A stretch of 63,879 bases of DNA, the filler included, from Olpidium bornovanus S191 (Eukaryota > Fungi > Olpidiomycota), in NCBI GenBank assembly GCA_017911155.1. It is 29 parts of 29 records of this genome, joined end to end, with 100 filler letters (N's around TTAATTAATTAA, not from the genome) between each part and the next. Parts side by side here need not be neighbours in the genome. Positions count along the whole stretch, not along the records: positions 35,911 to 37,509 come from JAEFCI010010199.1; positions 37,610 to 40,911 come from JAEFCI010005845.1; positions 41,012 to 43,255 come from JAEFCI010013291.1; positions 43,356 to 47,478 come from JAEFCI010001411.1; positions 47,579 to 48,692 come from JAEFCI010007526.1; positions 48,793 to 51,459 come from JAEFCI010003134.1; 23 more parts are not named here. The stretch is one strand, 5' to 3'. Shown piece after piece: positions 36,239 through 49,006 of the stretch. The notes beneath the pieces were generated by a model. That model saw only the letters and a list, made by a program, of their open reading frames with translations. It made no database searches and was not told the DNA's origin. Made by a program: the position numbers and the translations under genes. The number at the start of each line of letters is the position of its first letter. Position 1 is the stretch's first letter.

Positions 36239-37699
36239 AACAGGAAAAAAAATCCCCGATGAGATTTTAAGTCTATCCGAATTCATTTAACGCTCGGGCA
36301 CATCCTTTCCCTGAGCTGCACTTAGTCCGGCCATTGATCGACGACACCCCTTCACCGTTGGAATTCCAGCGGTTTTGCTTAGCGTAACCGGCGAACGACG
36401 TCAAATGAGATTTCCTATCAATTACATATGCAGCTTTTTGACGAAAGCCGTTGACATGTGCGGAGACGTGGCGTGCGGGGAAATTTACACAAACAGAAAA
36501 CAAAAGCGGACGAACTCCGGAACCGCAGAGCCTCTCCGGTCGACCGCGCGATACAGGCTTAAGCACGCCTTATTCGCTCCGCAATCTAGGGCAGCTCAGC
36601 GCATTTCAGCACAGCGCCAGGCGGATTACTCCAGATCCGACACTTCCATCCCCTCCCCGGCGAAAAGACGGTTTTCCTCTTCAATTCCACGCTGCAAAGC
36701 GCCCTTGTCGACCTAGGTCCCTACGCGGTTCAGATTGCGCTCCCATCTGGGCACCCCCCTCCCATCCCTCTGTTCATTTTCCGGTCTCTTTGCTTCTTCC
36801 TCGCGTGGTTTGCCCGGCTGGCCTTGTTCTTCTCCTTTTTTGCCCGTTCCCGAGTCGCGTCCGCGCCGATAACTCGCCCGCCACTGCCACTTTCCTGCTT
36901 TCCACGTCTTCCCGCGCCCGCACTTCCCAAGGCCGGCCAACTGCCCTCGTTCGACGCCTCAGAGCTTTCCTCCGCCGACCTCCCTCGGTCCTCACGGTAA
37001 GCAATGCGAGGTATCGTATTTTGGGTCTGCGGCGCCTGGGCCTCCGTGAACTTCCGAATAATGTGGTCCTTTCGCGGCTGCAGGGTCGACAGATCATCTC
37101 ATCAGCGAAAGAAATGCAACTCGCGAAACGTCCAGGTGCTGGCAGGCCTATTGTCAACTCACATTGCGTTGGAACATGATGTACCTGCATACGGAACCAT
37201 AATCATCAATAAGCGGTCAGAGTATAGTAGAATGACCGCCATATCTCCTTACCATCCTTCCAGAATCTCGTTGCTTAGACCGGTTTTCTTTCTAAGCTGC
37301 TCCCGTTCATTGCTCCTCCTCATCGCTGAACTTCGAGCGAACACTTCTGGATTGCTGAGGCACACGGCGACAAGGTGCGGCAGATGCTCCATGATAGGAT
37401 CATCGTTCTGTAACGCAGTTATCGTTGTTCGCGTGTTCAGTTAAAGCACGTAAAGGATGTGATGATATGCACCATTTAGTCCAACAAGCCCCGAAGTTTG
37501 GTAACTTCANNNNNNNNNNNNNNNNNNNNNNNNNNNNNNNNNNNNNNNNNNNNTTAATTAATTAANNNNNNNNNNNNNNNNNNNNNNNNNNNNNNNNNNN
37601 NNNNNNNNNGTTAAGTGTAAAGGTGGTGACCAGGGTGACGAGAGCCAAGCGCGAATGCTAGGCACCGATCAGATGGGGACTGAAGAGACATTCATCGAC

Positions 37700-39600
37700 G
37701 CGCGATGGCGTATGAGTCTGATGTGGATAGTCCCTTTGTGAGCAGGTCCGCGATGTTTTCACGTGAGGCGATCGCGACAATATTGATCTGCATGTTCTTG
37801 ACGCATTCTCCAACGGAAAAATGTTTGATTTCGATATGCTTGCTGCGGCAGCCGACTCAGCAAATGCCCTTCGCGATGTGGACGGCGATGGCGTTATTAA
37901 TATGAAGTCGCGTGGAGGAGGCGTCCCCAGTGACCTGATGTAGATTTGACGCACAAAGGTGATATGACTGGCTGCCTCGCTCGCAGCAACGAGTTCCGCC
38001 TCATTGCTGGATTGTGCGATGATGGGTTGTTTGCCGGAGCGCCAATCGACCGTGGCTTCGCCGAAGTGAAGTAGGTAGCCGGTCGTTGATTTCCTCTTGC
38101 AGATGGCTGAAGCCCAATATCAATCTGAGAAAGCATTCAGAGAGGGCAGCGCCATGATGTCGCTGGTGGAGGCAACGTCCTTGATTATCGAAGGAACGCG
38201 TGCAGGTCCACTGTCGCATTCATCCTGCGTGATAAGCGTAGCAGGAAAAAGAGGCCATGGTTGCGCGTTGTGGAGGAAAAACCCCGCCAGCGTGCGGAAT
38301 GGAGGCCGCCGTGGTGAAGGTTCGCCTGAGTCGAGAGGAAGACCCAGGCCCCCAAGAACCCTGGCTGAGAAGCAAGCGTACCACGAGCAAGAGGTGATTC
38401 GTCAAGGCAGGCAGGGACGCGGGGAAATTGAAAACCCGCTGCAGGGAGGAAGCTCGGCCCCGTAGACGGATGGGTTGCGAGCCAAGGGGATTCGCCAAGG
38501 TGGCAGGGGAAATTGCCAGGCCGAACGAGGGATCTGCCGGCAACCAGGGAATTTGGACGATGATTGGGTCAACGTGACCAATGAGAGGCGAGGCGGGTCG
38601 ATGAACGAATCGGATGCGGCGGGCGCACCGAAACCTGCTCTACCCGCGGAAGGCGGGCAAGCTCTTAAACCCCCCCCCCTCTTAAGCCCCCTTCGCGGCC
38701 GAGGCCAGTTGTTTCCCGAAGGCCGAGGCCGACGGGCGTAGGGAGAAAGAAAGAGAGAGGAAGAGAGCGCGGCGAGGAGACGCGTTCTGTCTTCGAACCA
38801 CCCCGCCGTGAGGAGCACCTTTGGCCAGGCTCCACGCGAGCGAGACCGAGGGACTGGGCACTTACGTGGGCCTTAGGGTCTACAGCGTGCCCGATAAGTA
38901 GCGGAGGACACTCTTTAAGGCAGACCAATGGCTGTCGGGTGGATTGCTCATAAAGCGGGCGAGAAAACCAACATCAGTCGCAATGTCGGGCCTCGTTCGT
39001 GTTGAGAGGTTTATCAGTGGACCGAGAAGTTTGGACGCGTTATCCCGTCGTACGTCAAGTGAGGAAAATGCCGAAGGGCCCAACGGTGTAGATTCAGGAT
39101 GACAGGCGCTATGGTGAAATGCCGTCCGCAGCTGGTCGATGTAATGGGATTGTAAAACGGTAGATCCCGTCGGTTTTATCGCTGTTCTCGATGCGGAGAT
39201 TTTGAATGCCAAGCACGTCGGAGAGGGTACCTTGGTCCGTAAGCGGGAAGCGGCAATCCAAGGCCTGCTTGGTGGATTCAATGAGGGAAAAATCGGGTGC
39301 TGGTGAGAATGACGTCATCAACGTAAACAACCAGGAGTAAGGCAATGTCATCTTTGGAAAAGTGGGGGGAGGGGGGTAAAGCCGCGGGGAGTAGTGCATT
39401 TATTCAATGCGAAATGTTTGCGCGTATGCCCCCCCCCCTCCCCATCGCGGAGGTCGTGGCGGTATCGCGGCGCATAAGGTACATGCAGGGTTCGAGTGTT
39501 TTTCCAACCCCCACTTGGTATCTCGTTTGCATTACTTTTTCTGCCCTCGCCGGATTGCAAAAGGGAGTGTGGATAAAGTGCAGCAGCACACTCAGATCGG
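37700..39600 (-). mobile_element. Degenerate Ty1/Copia pol (RT + RNase H), with frameshifts and stops, split by an insertion
   Basis: IALLLVVYVDDVIL, RFPLTDQGTLSDVLGIQ, TRTRPDIATDVGFLARFMSNPPDSHWSALKSVLRYLSGT, then AFSD*YWA...RKSTTGYLLHFG..VDWRSGKQPIIAQSSNEAELVAA...SKHIEIKH...NIADLLTKGL. Confidence 0.93.
38212..38884. mobile_element. 673-bp TG...CA-bounded insertion (solo-LTR-like) inside the Copia pol
   Basis: It starts TGTCGC and ends CTACA. Excising it rejoins the RT and RNase H codons in frame. Confidence 0.65.
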
Positions 39601-39995
39601 AACCCCTGGAATATACATGTCACGAGTCAAGAACGGTCCCTCGGTCATGTTGCCCCTGGCATGCCTTTTGGGAAATAAAACACATAACTACCCTCAGACT
39701 TCAACAAACAGCAACACTTTCCCTCAGCTGGAGTCTGAGCACGGTGGGCATTCCCCCGATTTGTTAAAAATACTAGGACCGCGATTCAACGTTGGGGGAT
39801 CTGAAAGTTTCCATTGCTTCACTCAGGGAGAATTCACCCGACACGCAAACAACGGAGATTACAATCATGGGGCCTCTTCTGGCCATTCTTTTACGACCCG
39901 AGGGCTTTTGGCGATCCGCGCTGTGAATAGGGTGTTCCCGATGCCGGACTCCCTGAACTTGCGCACTCAAGTCGAGTCGGTTACCAGCCAACTGG

Positions 39996-40812
39996 TCACT
40001 CTCTCTTTCTGAATCTAACCGCAATCTTTCCAGCCTCTTCGCGCCCCTCCACCCAGTTCGCGAAGCCAGGCCCGGCGCGCCAGAGCATGGAAAGCGGCAC
40101 TGCAAAATAAGGAAAGTACAGAGCCGCAACGACGACCCGACTCGGCGTGTCGAGTTTCACTGCCGTCGAAAGGAGGAGCTGCGCTAGCGTTCCGACGACC
40201 GTGGTCGTGACGTGCGAAGCGTACACGACCATCGGCAGCCTCAGGCGCTTGGGCAGATCTGTGGGGGACGGGAACCGGGAGACGAGGAACGGGGTTGCGG
40301 CGTAGACTGGGATACATGCTCCACGCGAAGACGACGCCGGTCGGGCTCGGGAGGGCTCACCTCTCCAAAGGCACCAGGAAGCAAAGAAGAAAAATGGCAG
40401 CTGAAACCTGCACGGGGGCGGGCTTTCACTTCAGCACATCTCATCATAGGTCGTAATTTCCGCCAGGTTGAAAAGAGACACACTCACAACAGCTCGCACA
40501 CGACGAAGCTCTTGAACCACCAGCGCTCATCCGAGCCCTCGTGCGACATAAACGGGTCGCGAAATTTTTGGGCATAAAAGGCGTGCACGGCTGCGGCCGC
40601 AAACAAAGCATTGTAGGTGTGCTACGGTGTCCGCGACCAGTAAGAGTTGACCCCGAGGTAGACAAACCTGACATCAAAGTTGGGAACACGGCCGGCGGGA
40701 AGAGTACCGATAGGTCCATGAGGACCGTGATCGGTATGTGGGTCACGAAGTACACGAAGTACACGGCGTCCACCTTGCGCGACGCAAACGGACGCGGCAC
40801 GCTCCGGAGCAT
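39996..40812 (-). CDS. TMEM97/sigma-2-receptor-like EXPERA domain membrane protein, multi-exon
   Basis: DAVYFVYFVTHIPITVLMDL, FYAQKFRDPFM...WFKSFVVCEL and VVYASHVTTTVVGTL...LYFPYFAVPLSML. Confidence 0.85.
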
Positions 40813-40840
40813 TGGTCCTGACGCAGAGGCGACCCCGCCT

Positions 40841-40875
<35 letters not shown>

Positions 40876-41011
40876 GGGGCGCGGGGGGGGGGGGGGGGGG
40901 CGGGGCGTGCANNNNNNNNNNNNNNNNNNNNNNNNNNNNNNNNNNNNNNNNNNNNTTAATTAATTAANNNNNNNNNNNNNNNNNNNNNNNNNNNNNNNNN
41001 NNNNNNNNNNN

Positions 41012-41500
41012 CATGCATGGAAAACCAATGATTCGCCCGTTGCAGATGAATTGTTATGTGGATGACCCTTCAGTGACAAGACAAAAAGACAACAGTAGAT
41101 CTCTTTAAAGTGCGAATGGCGAAAGTCGACAAGAGAACCGATGACATCCAGGACGCCACAGAAAAGGCGGAAAAAGCCCAAAAAGATAATGAATATCAAT
41201 GACCGCAAATTCAATATACGAAGGGGGCAACTGCCGGAAGGCGACTGGGTACTCTTGTGAAATCCGCGATATGATTTCCCCTTCGGCGCGGAACGCAAAT
41301 TTGCGCTTCGCTGGCTGGGACCCTATAATATTCAAAGTGTAGCACCAGTAACCGGAATACATCAAATAACCAAACTAGACGACACTCTACTCAAATTGCC
41401 TGTAGCTGAAAAGCACATTAAGTTCTTCGAAAGCAGAGAAAACAAAGATCATTATCTGAAATGGTTGTTCGAAATAAAGAAATAAGAGACCCAGAGGAAG
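41012..41500 (+). mobile_element. Ty3/Gypsy integrase C-terminal remnant (pseudogenised)
   Basis: GDWVLL*N...RKFALRWLGPYNIQSV..VTGIHQITKLDDTLLKLPVAEKHIKFFESR, the RWxGPY segment typical of Gypsy integrase tails; contains stops and a frameshift. Confidence 0.75.
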
Positions 41501-42036
41501 CGCATCAACTCTGCCGCGCACGAGGCGGCGGGCTTGTTCGCAGTAGACCAGCCGCATAACGACGTGTCGATTGACAGGGCCGATTTTTGCTTTTCCGAAT
41601 AAGTGCAATCATAGTTACGACCGGATATTCGAACTAGGAACGTCCAAGCCACAACGCAGAACGTAGGCAACTGACCTGGAATAAGCCAAGCAGCCCAAGA
41701 GAAAACAAAATTCACATTTGCAACACTACACTCACGACGTTTATCACCAATAGGCCTGGCGCCGGCGTGGGGACGTTTCGCGTTGTGTGCAACGTTGCGG
41801 TTCGGAGCGTTCGGCAGCTTTTGGGGAGGAAGAACCACGGGGAGGACACGGGCCAAAGGTGCAGCTTTGGGATACGAGCACCAGGGGAAGTTCCCCTTGT
41901 TTAATTGGTTAGTTCCAGGCCCTGTTTCGGCCATTTCACGCGCAGGCAACCCGCGCCACGCGACGCGAAAAAAAATTCGCGCGCTCTCGCGACAAAAAGA
42001 AAAACAACCGTCGCGTTCGCTTCGGAAAACAATGCG

Positions 42037-42240
42037 CCCGTAACAGAGCGGGATGCAGTACGGGGGCCGGCGCCAAGGGAAGTAAGGGCAGTAGGGCCGG
42101 CGCCAAAGGTAGTAGGGGGCCCGCGGGTAGTATCCGCCTCCGCCCGGCCAGTACTGCGCGGACGCCTGCGGAGCCGAGGCGACCATCAGCAGGACGGCGG
42201 GAAGGAAGGCGAGGAGCGAGTCGAGAGATAACTTTAGTTT
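42037..42240 (-). CDS. Candidate secreted Pro/Tyr/Arg/Trp-rich Cys-containing peptide; initiator codon not found
   Basis: (K)LKLSLDSLLAFLPAVLLMVASAPQASA | QYWPGGGGYYPRAPYYLWRRPYCPYFPWRRPPYCIPLCYG, with an internal duplication visible in the DNA. Confidence 0.5.
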
Positions 42241-43355
42241 TTTTTCTTCTTCTCCCTTCTTCGCCGGCTTCGAAAAAGTAATTAACTAACTGTCTTTGGA
42301 GCGTTTGACCGCGCCGGCGGGCGTAGGGTTCGCAGGGACCCCGATCAAAAGGGGGGACGCCGCAGGTCGCGTTCCGCCGGAAACTCCGCCCGCACCTTCC
42401 CTCGGTCGGCGCTTCGGGTTCGGCGGGCGGGCGGGCGGGCGGTCGGCGCTCGGTCGGTGCAGGGCGGCAAGACAAGAGCGCCCGCCCCTTCCCCGCCGCC
42501 GCGCTGTATGCGCCGCGGCGGCCGCTGGTCCTTTTGGCCGGCCCCACAAAAAAAAAAAAAGGAAAAAAATGAAAACCAAGGAATAGGCATCGGATTCAAA
42601 AATTTCCGGCCCGTTCCACCCCTCGTTTTCGCGGCAAGGTTCTCGGCAGAGCCAAAGCAAACAGAGAAAAAAAAAAAAAAAGGAAAGCACCCGAGCGGAG
42701 CGCTCTGTCGCCGTTTCGGATTGCAAGTCGCCTCCCCTCCCGGTTCAACCGAGCTCCCTCCGCGCCGCACGCGCCCCTTTCAAGCTTTCGATGTCTCGGT
42801 TCGTCGACAGCTTTGCCTTTATTTAATTTTTTTTCCCCTCTTCCCCGTCCGTGGGGAGATGAAGGAGGGGGGTGAAGGTGGGGGAGTATCGGCTTTGAAC
42901 AAGCGCGGCGACGCGACGCGAAAGTTAGTTAGGCTTTAGGGTGGAACGGGTGACGCGTACATCCCATAAAGTAAGAAAGGCGCTGGGAACAAAGCCCGGC
43001 CCCCCGCAGGCAATGTTTCTCGCACCGGCCGCGGTCCCGCGGCGCCCTCCGAGGAGAACGGCCGCGCTCCGCGCCTATTCTCGCGTGCGCTCTCTGTATT
43101 TCTCTGTATAACGACGTCGCTAAGACGTGATGCGGAAAAGGGAACGTGCTTCCCCCGTCGTTTTTTCTTTCCGGTTTCCGGGGATCTGCTGACCCTGCGA
43201 TCAATCCTGCGCATCTCCGAATCCGCGAAACGCCAGCCTGACGCAGCACCATGGANNNNNNNNNNNNNNNNNNNNNNNNNNNNNNNNNNNNNNNNNNNNT
43301 TAATTAATTAANNNNNNNNNNNNNNNNNNNNNNNNNNNNNNNNNNNNNNNNNNNN

Positions 43356-46300
43356 GCCGAGAACGAGAACTTGTTCGTGCTCCCGCCAGTACCTGGAGAT
43401 GGAAAAGTTTTCGATGATCCGCTTCCGCAGCAGTCCGCCGAGAGCACGCCTGCTGCATCTGACGGCGTCTCGCATGACCCTCTCCTCGAGCGAACGACCG
43501 GCGCTGTCGCGGAGGAGCTCGTCGAGCGTGACCGGCTTTTTGGTCCGGTCTACCAGCTGCTCCAATCCGTCGGTCATCGCGAGGACGTGAAGCTGAGCGA
43601 TGGCCAGCTGCTTTGGCACGCCGGGTGGCACGACGCGCCCGTACACGTGGCCGGTCGCCATATCGGAGATGACCTCGCGCGAACCCCCCACGTCCGTGCA
43701 CACGACGGGTAATCCGCAAAGCCCGGCTTCGCCTAATGCCAGCGGCAATCCCTCTGGGGTGACCGAGGGGGTGAGATTTACGTCCTGACGTCGAAATCAC
43801 CGTTAGATAAATCTAGGCTCACCCGTGATCGAAGAATTTAGAAACAAATGACCCTCCGGCAAGACGTTCGCTGGGCTCCCCAGCCCTTGCAGGTACACGT
43901 TTTCGTTTAGGTTCAGAGCGTTTATCATGTTTGCGCAGTCTGCTGCGTACAGGGGGTCTTTGTCCTTGCTTCCGTAAATGAGCAGCTGATACGCTTTAAA
44001 TTTGAGGCGGTTGACAATGTAGTCCGCTGCAAGAATGGCGTTTTTGATATCTTTCACCGGGGATATGTGAGACAGCATGACCGCGGTCGGCGCCGGCCTC
44101 TCTTTGGCGTGATTTACGCAGAATTTGGAAATGTCCTGCGACTCGGCAAAAGCACAAGTTAAGCCGTCGGTCTTCGCGATAAACGTTTCGTGCACCTCGG
44201 GGGCTCACCATGCCATTGACAACCGGCGATATTTTGTTTTGCATTGCGATTCTAGCACCGCTGTTCCGCCCACCTTCGCCGCCCATCCACATCTCCCAGT
44301 CGACGTTTTGTACCCTGGTACACGGTGTGACCATGTCTGCGCGCATGTATGATATGCGTGCCACCAGCCGAGTGAGACCGACGAAGCCGAGCTGAACAAA
44401 TCTCGGCATGTTGTCGGCATCGCAGAGGGCGAAAAGACGCTCTCTCCACAAGATGCCGTGGTCCCAGACCGCAAAGCTGGCGCCGTATAAGCTTTTTGCG
44501 ATGACCCCCAGGATTGATTGGATGCCGTGGTGCGATGAGTGGACAACCGGTAGGTCCTTTGGAATCTCCGCCGTAAGAATCAGTAGCAAACGGACGACCA
44601 GCAGGTACAGCATGTTCAATTCCTTTAAAGTTGGGAGCTCACAGCGAAGGTACTGGCCTTTGGACTGCCCTTCAGTCGCCTCTCGAAGCCATTCAGCAAC
44701 CCAAGCATCTTGCGTGTACGGATGGTGCCAAGACCGCAGCCAATCGTAAGTTCGGAAGTAGAGATAGAGCTGAACGAAAACGTTTTCCGCCTCCGAAAGC
44801 TGTTCAGACGGTAGTTCTGTCGCAGCTGAAAATCTGACCAAACTTTTGACGAGCGGAATGAACTTGGCGCGGATGACGCTGGTAGTGGTCCTAGCTGTTT
44901 TCTTCCGGAGCTCGGCAAAAACCACGTTCCGGTATATGTTTTCGTTAGGTGTGCCAAAGTCCACGTCCCACAGCGGAACATACATGATTTTGTCGACGTT
45001 TTTCTCCACCTGGTAGTCGCGTTGAACGAGATCCGCGCTTGCGATCTCAGCAATCACCGTCCACCGTACCCGGTGAAGGTTGTCGATGAGGTCCCGCCGA
45101 CAACTTCCAACGCCTCCGCCGCCAGTTGGCCTAACGCACACATCCTGACAATGTTAGCGCGGCGTCAAAACGAAGACGTTGAGCGCAAATAATCCCGGTC
45201 CGTTTTACCATGTCCCGCTGTCCAAGCTCAGAACCGGCAGGAGTTCCTGCCCTTGAAGAAGTTGGGAAGATTTATCTCTTTTGGCAGACAGGTCACTTGC
45301 GTCGCCACCCACGCCAAGCTTTAGAAGGTCGGTAAACCGAACGTGGAAATGGCTCCTGGTTGACGGGGTATCTGGCACCCGCAAAAGCGACTCGTGCACT
45401 GCTTGGTTCGCCAGCAGATGCTTGCACGCCGCATGCGGCCTGCCGAGATCGCGCAAGCGCCAGTACTGCTTGAATAACGGTTCCTCTCGAAGAAACATCT
45501 CATCCAGGACACGGACGGCTACCCCGCTTATCTTTCCCAACCGCCACAAAACCCACAAGGCTTCACGCTTACGCTGGATGTCGTACGGCATCCAAGCGTA
45601 CTGGAAGCGTTTACTGTTGCCCCGGGCTGTCCACGCCGACTGCGGCGTGGCACCACCCGGCGACGGTACTATAAGAATGTTTGAAGTTAAGTAGGGCTCT
45701 GGATATGTGGTGTTGAGGAGACCGAATGTGTCCAGACCGACCTCCGGCGGCGTCTGGACAACCTCGGAGAGGAGGGTTCCGTTCGCGTCATAGAGAGATG
45801 AGTGCCAGCGGGGGTGCTGCGGGTGCGAGTAGTTGTAACGGGTGCGGTACACGAGGTTCTTGTCAGAGAAGTGAGTCAGGTCCACCACGGCGTGCTTGAC
45901 GGCCTTTGGCGTAGTGCCGGAGCACACGACCGTCATGACCCACGGGTCCGTGTCATGGCTGTTCTGGATGTACTCGATGCGGTTCAAGTAAGGTTCCCTT
46001 CCTTCTTCGGCCGTGTAGAAGTACAACGCCTTGATTGTGTGTCGTTTCGAGTCCACCGTGCGGTACAGCGTGGCGTTCGCGACTAGGTTGTGGTCCTTCG
46101 CGTTGAATTCGTGCACCTCCTTCGGCAGCCAATTGATCGCGTCTGCCGCGATGTCCAGCTGCGGAACCTGGCCCTCGTACACTTCGCGCCGCACCGGGAA
46201 CGGCTCGGACGGGGTGAGGTAGCGGTACACGCACGTCGCCGTCACCTTGTCGCCGCTGTAGAAGTACGTGTGGGACAGCTGCACGGCCGGCAGCTCGGTC

Positions 46301-47436
46301 GAGTTTTTGAAACACGAGCGAACCACCGGCAGGGCCTTCTCCCCGGGAACGAAGTCGGCTGGGTGCGATCCGGCGTAATGTGCGAGGACGGGTTTAAACT
46401 GCGGCATGAACTTGTCGATCGGCGCGAAATCGTTCGGCGCGAGCTCGAAGATGCACGTCATCGGTCCATTCGGTGAATCCTCCATGACCACTCGGGCCGG
46501 ACCCTTTTGGGTCGCCGGCAACAATGTCCTGTACGCGCCGCGCTTCGCGAGGGTGAGAAGGTTGCGCATCTCCGGGTGGCTGCGGTAGCTGTAGAAATAC
46601 TCCAGCCGGCGTATCAAGAAACGCGAGAATCGGAGCAGGATCCAGAAGAAATACCGAGTGGGGAGCGAGGGATTTATGGCGTCCAGCTCGCGGCCGAAGT
46701 AGACATCGTCCGTGAGGCACAGGAAAAGTATCCTGCCGTAGTTCTCGAAAATCATGAGGAAGTGCCGGAAAAGGGGAAGTTTGCCTGCGTTCGCGGTTGC
46801 CTCCCGCGTGTGTTCAGCCACGTCGATCCTTTCAGACGATTTGGCGGTGTAGTTGCCGGGGACAAGTCGGCCGTCTTCTAGGCGGACGCAAAAGTCAGAA
46901 ACTCGAAGGGCGAGAACGCTCGACAAGTTGTTGACGGCTCTTAGCGACAAATATGCCGCCTCTGGATCTTCGGACGTCGCCGCGTGGCCTCCGATAAGGG
47001 TCATCATCTGCCGGATAACTTCCGCGGGTTTCTCGCTAGGTAGCCAGTCCTTCCACGGCGCATTGGCGGTGGAAACGTAGGAAGCGACGCTGCGCTTCCA
47101 CGTGCCGATGCTTTCGATGAGGAAGCTTCGCGCGTCTTCGCTCAGCGAGGTCCAGTGACGGTCAATGTCGATGCCGAGACAGGCCTCCTTAAGCAAAATA
47201 CGGTCGCCACGGACGACCAAATCTCGGGAACTTTCCGCGGCTTGCCTCTGCAGCTGCATTGTGATCCTGTCCGGCAACTGTCTGTCGCGGCTGCAGGCGA
47301 CAAGCAGCTCAAACAAACAAGCCTGCCTGTGAGACCTTCCCGCTACTTCCACAAACTCATGGATCATCAGCTCCGCGGCGTACCCAGGGAGATCTATGTT
47401 TGGGTGGGGGGGTGGTACGGCAAGGTAAACGTTCAT
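43356..47436 (-). CDS. Large GT4 glycosyltransferase, Gtb3/PelF-like (galactosaminogalactan-synthase type), partial, four exons visible
   Basis: LGIDIDRHWTSLSEDARSFL, VLSLDSGTW|PTGGGGVGSCRRDL (intron 45131-45208), VWDHGILWRE, MLSHISPVKDIKNAI, LFLNSSIT|EGLPLALGEAGLCGLPVVCTDVGGS and RYWREHEQVL. Confidence 0.88.
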
Positions 47437-47615
47437 CAGGCCGTTCGTTACCGCCGTTATCGCAGCGTAGTTGCACCCNNNNNNNNNNNNNNNNNNNNNN
47501 NNNNNNNNNNNNNNNNNNNNNNTTAATTAATTAANNNNNNNNNNNNNNNNNNNNNNNNNNNNNNNNNNNNNNNNNNNNCCGTTCCCGCTTCCCTCTCCCT
47601 CCCCGCGGAGCGGAA

Positions 47616-48574
47616 TCAGCTGTATTCTGGCGTGAGTCCTTCGGCTTCGCCTTTGTACCAGGGCCCAATCCACACCTCTCCGTTTGTATCGGTGTATTTC
47701 CCGGATCCGTGCATGCTGCGGGCGGTTTGCGGACATCTCGTTGAGTGATGAAAAACAAAACAAACAAACAAAAAAAAAAATTCGCAAATCTCATAAATCC
47801 CCTCCGCCTTCGCCCCTCCCCGACCGGGCCGGCTGACCGACCAGCTCTCTCTCCAGTCGCCGACGTAACACGATCCGTCGGGCCACGTGTACTTGCCCTG
47901 CCCTTCGAATTGACAGTTCTTCCAAAACCCCTGCGGGAGGCGCGTGTGAAGAAAAGAAAAGAGTGGGCGAAGCACAAGTTCCCCGGAAAAAAAAAAGACA
48001 GATAGTGGTCGGGGTGAGCCGAACCAGCGGTCTCTCCGGGAGCGGCAGCGGGGGGGCCCCCCCCCCCCCCCCCCTTTGTCCTCCAACCGACGTACGTCGT
48101 AAACCGCCCCGCTCGCAAACGTGCATACGCCTGTTCGCGTGCATTTTGTGCGAGGGAGGAGTGAAGAGAGGGGAAGAGAGATAGAGAAAGGGAAATAGAG
48201 GAAAGAATAAGAAAAAGGCGGGAGATATTCGATTCATTTACGGTACGAACTGTGGGTTTCGGCCGTGAAGAGAACAATTATTTTCCCATCTTGCGGGGGG
48301 TAAAACGCTCTTTTGACGAGCGTATCGCGAGAGGACGAGACGTCGGGGGGCGGGAGGGAAGGGGGGGGGAGGGAAAACTTGCAATTTGCGGCGCACCATA
48401 AGTTTTTTTTATATGTCTATTATTTTGTTTTATACCTTTTCCGCTCATGGCATCGTTCTCCCATTGCCCCACGTACGTAGACCGGTCCGCCGCGTTTTCA
48501 AAACGCCCTTCCCCGTGACGGACCGCAGGCAGCAGGTTCCCGGAACCGTCGGGCGCCGGGTCGATGCGAAACAT
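47616..48574 (-). CDS. MORN-repeat protein (MORN2-like), multi-exon
   Basis: RHGEGRFE...YVGQWENDAMSGKG, FEGQGKYTWPDGSCYVGDWRE and MHGSGKYTDTNGEVWIGPWY. Confidence 0.8.
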
Positions 48575-49006
48575 GCCTTCTGCGGAGATCGGGACGAGGG
48601 AAGTGGGAAGGGACGGGGAAGGTGGGGGGAGGGGGGTTACACGTCGTTTCGCAAAACAAAAAAAAAAAAAAAAAAAAAAAAAGGGAAAAAAANNNNNNNN
48701 NNNNNNNNNNNNNNNNNNNNNNNNNNNNNNNNNNNNTTAATTAATTAANNNNNNNNNNNNNNNNNNNNNNNNNNNNNNNNNNNNNNNNNNNNCAACTTGA
48801 GATTCAGCGCGCATGCGTCAACCGGGCGGAAAAAACAAACCCCTTCCGTCCCTTCTCTCTCTCTTGCACCCCCACCCCCATCCTCCCCCCCGCTTTTTTT
48901 TTTTTTTTTTTTTCTAATTCGTATCTTCCCCCCCTTTTCCCACGCCCCCCGGGGGAAAAAAAAAAAAAAAAAAAACATAAAAACCAAAAACAAAAAAAAA
49001 CCGCAG

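Noticed and set aside
41452-42186. 244-aa ORF taken as a single protein
   Set aside because: It appears to run through an intron-like tract (poly-T, CTAAC branch site, AG). Only the peptide-like 5' part is retained as a call.
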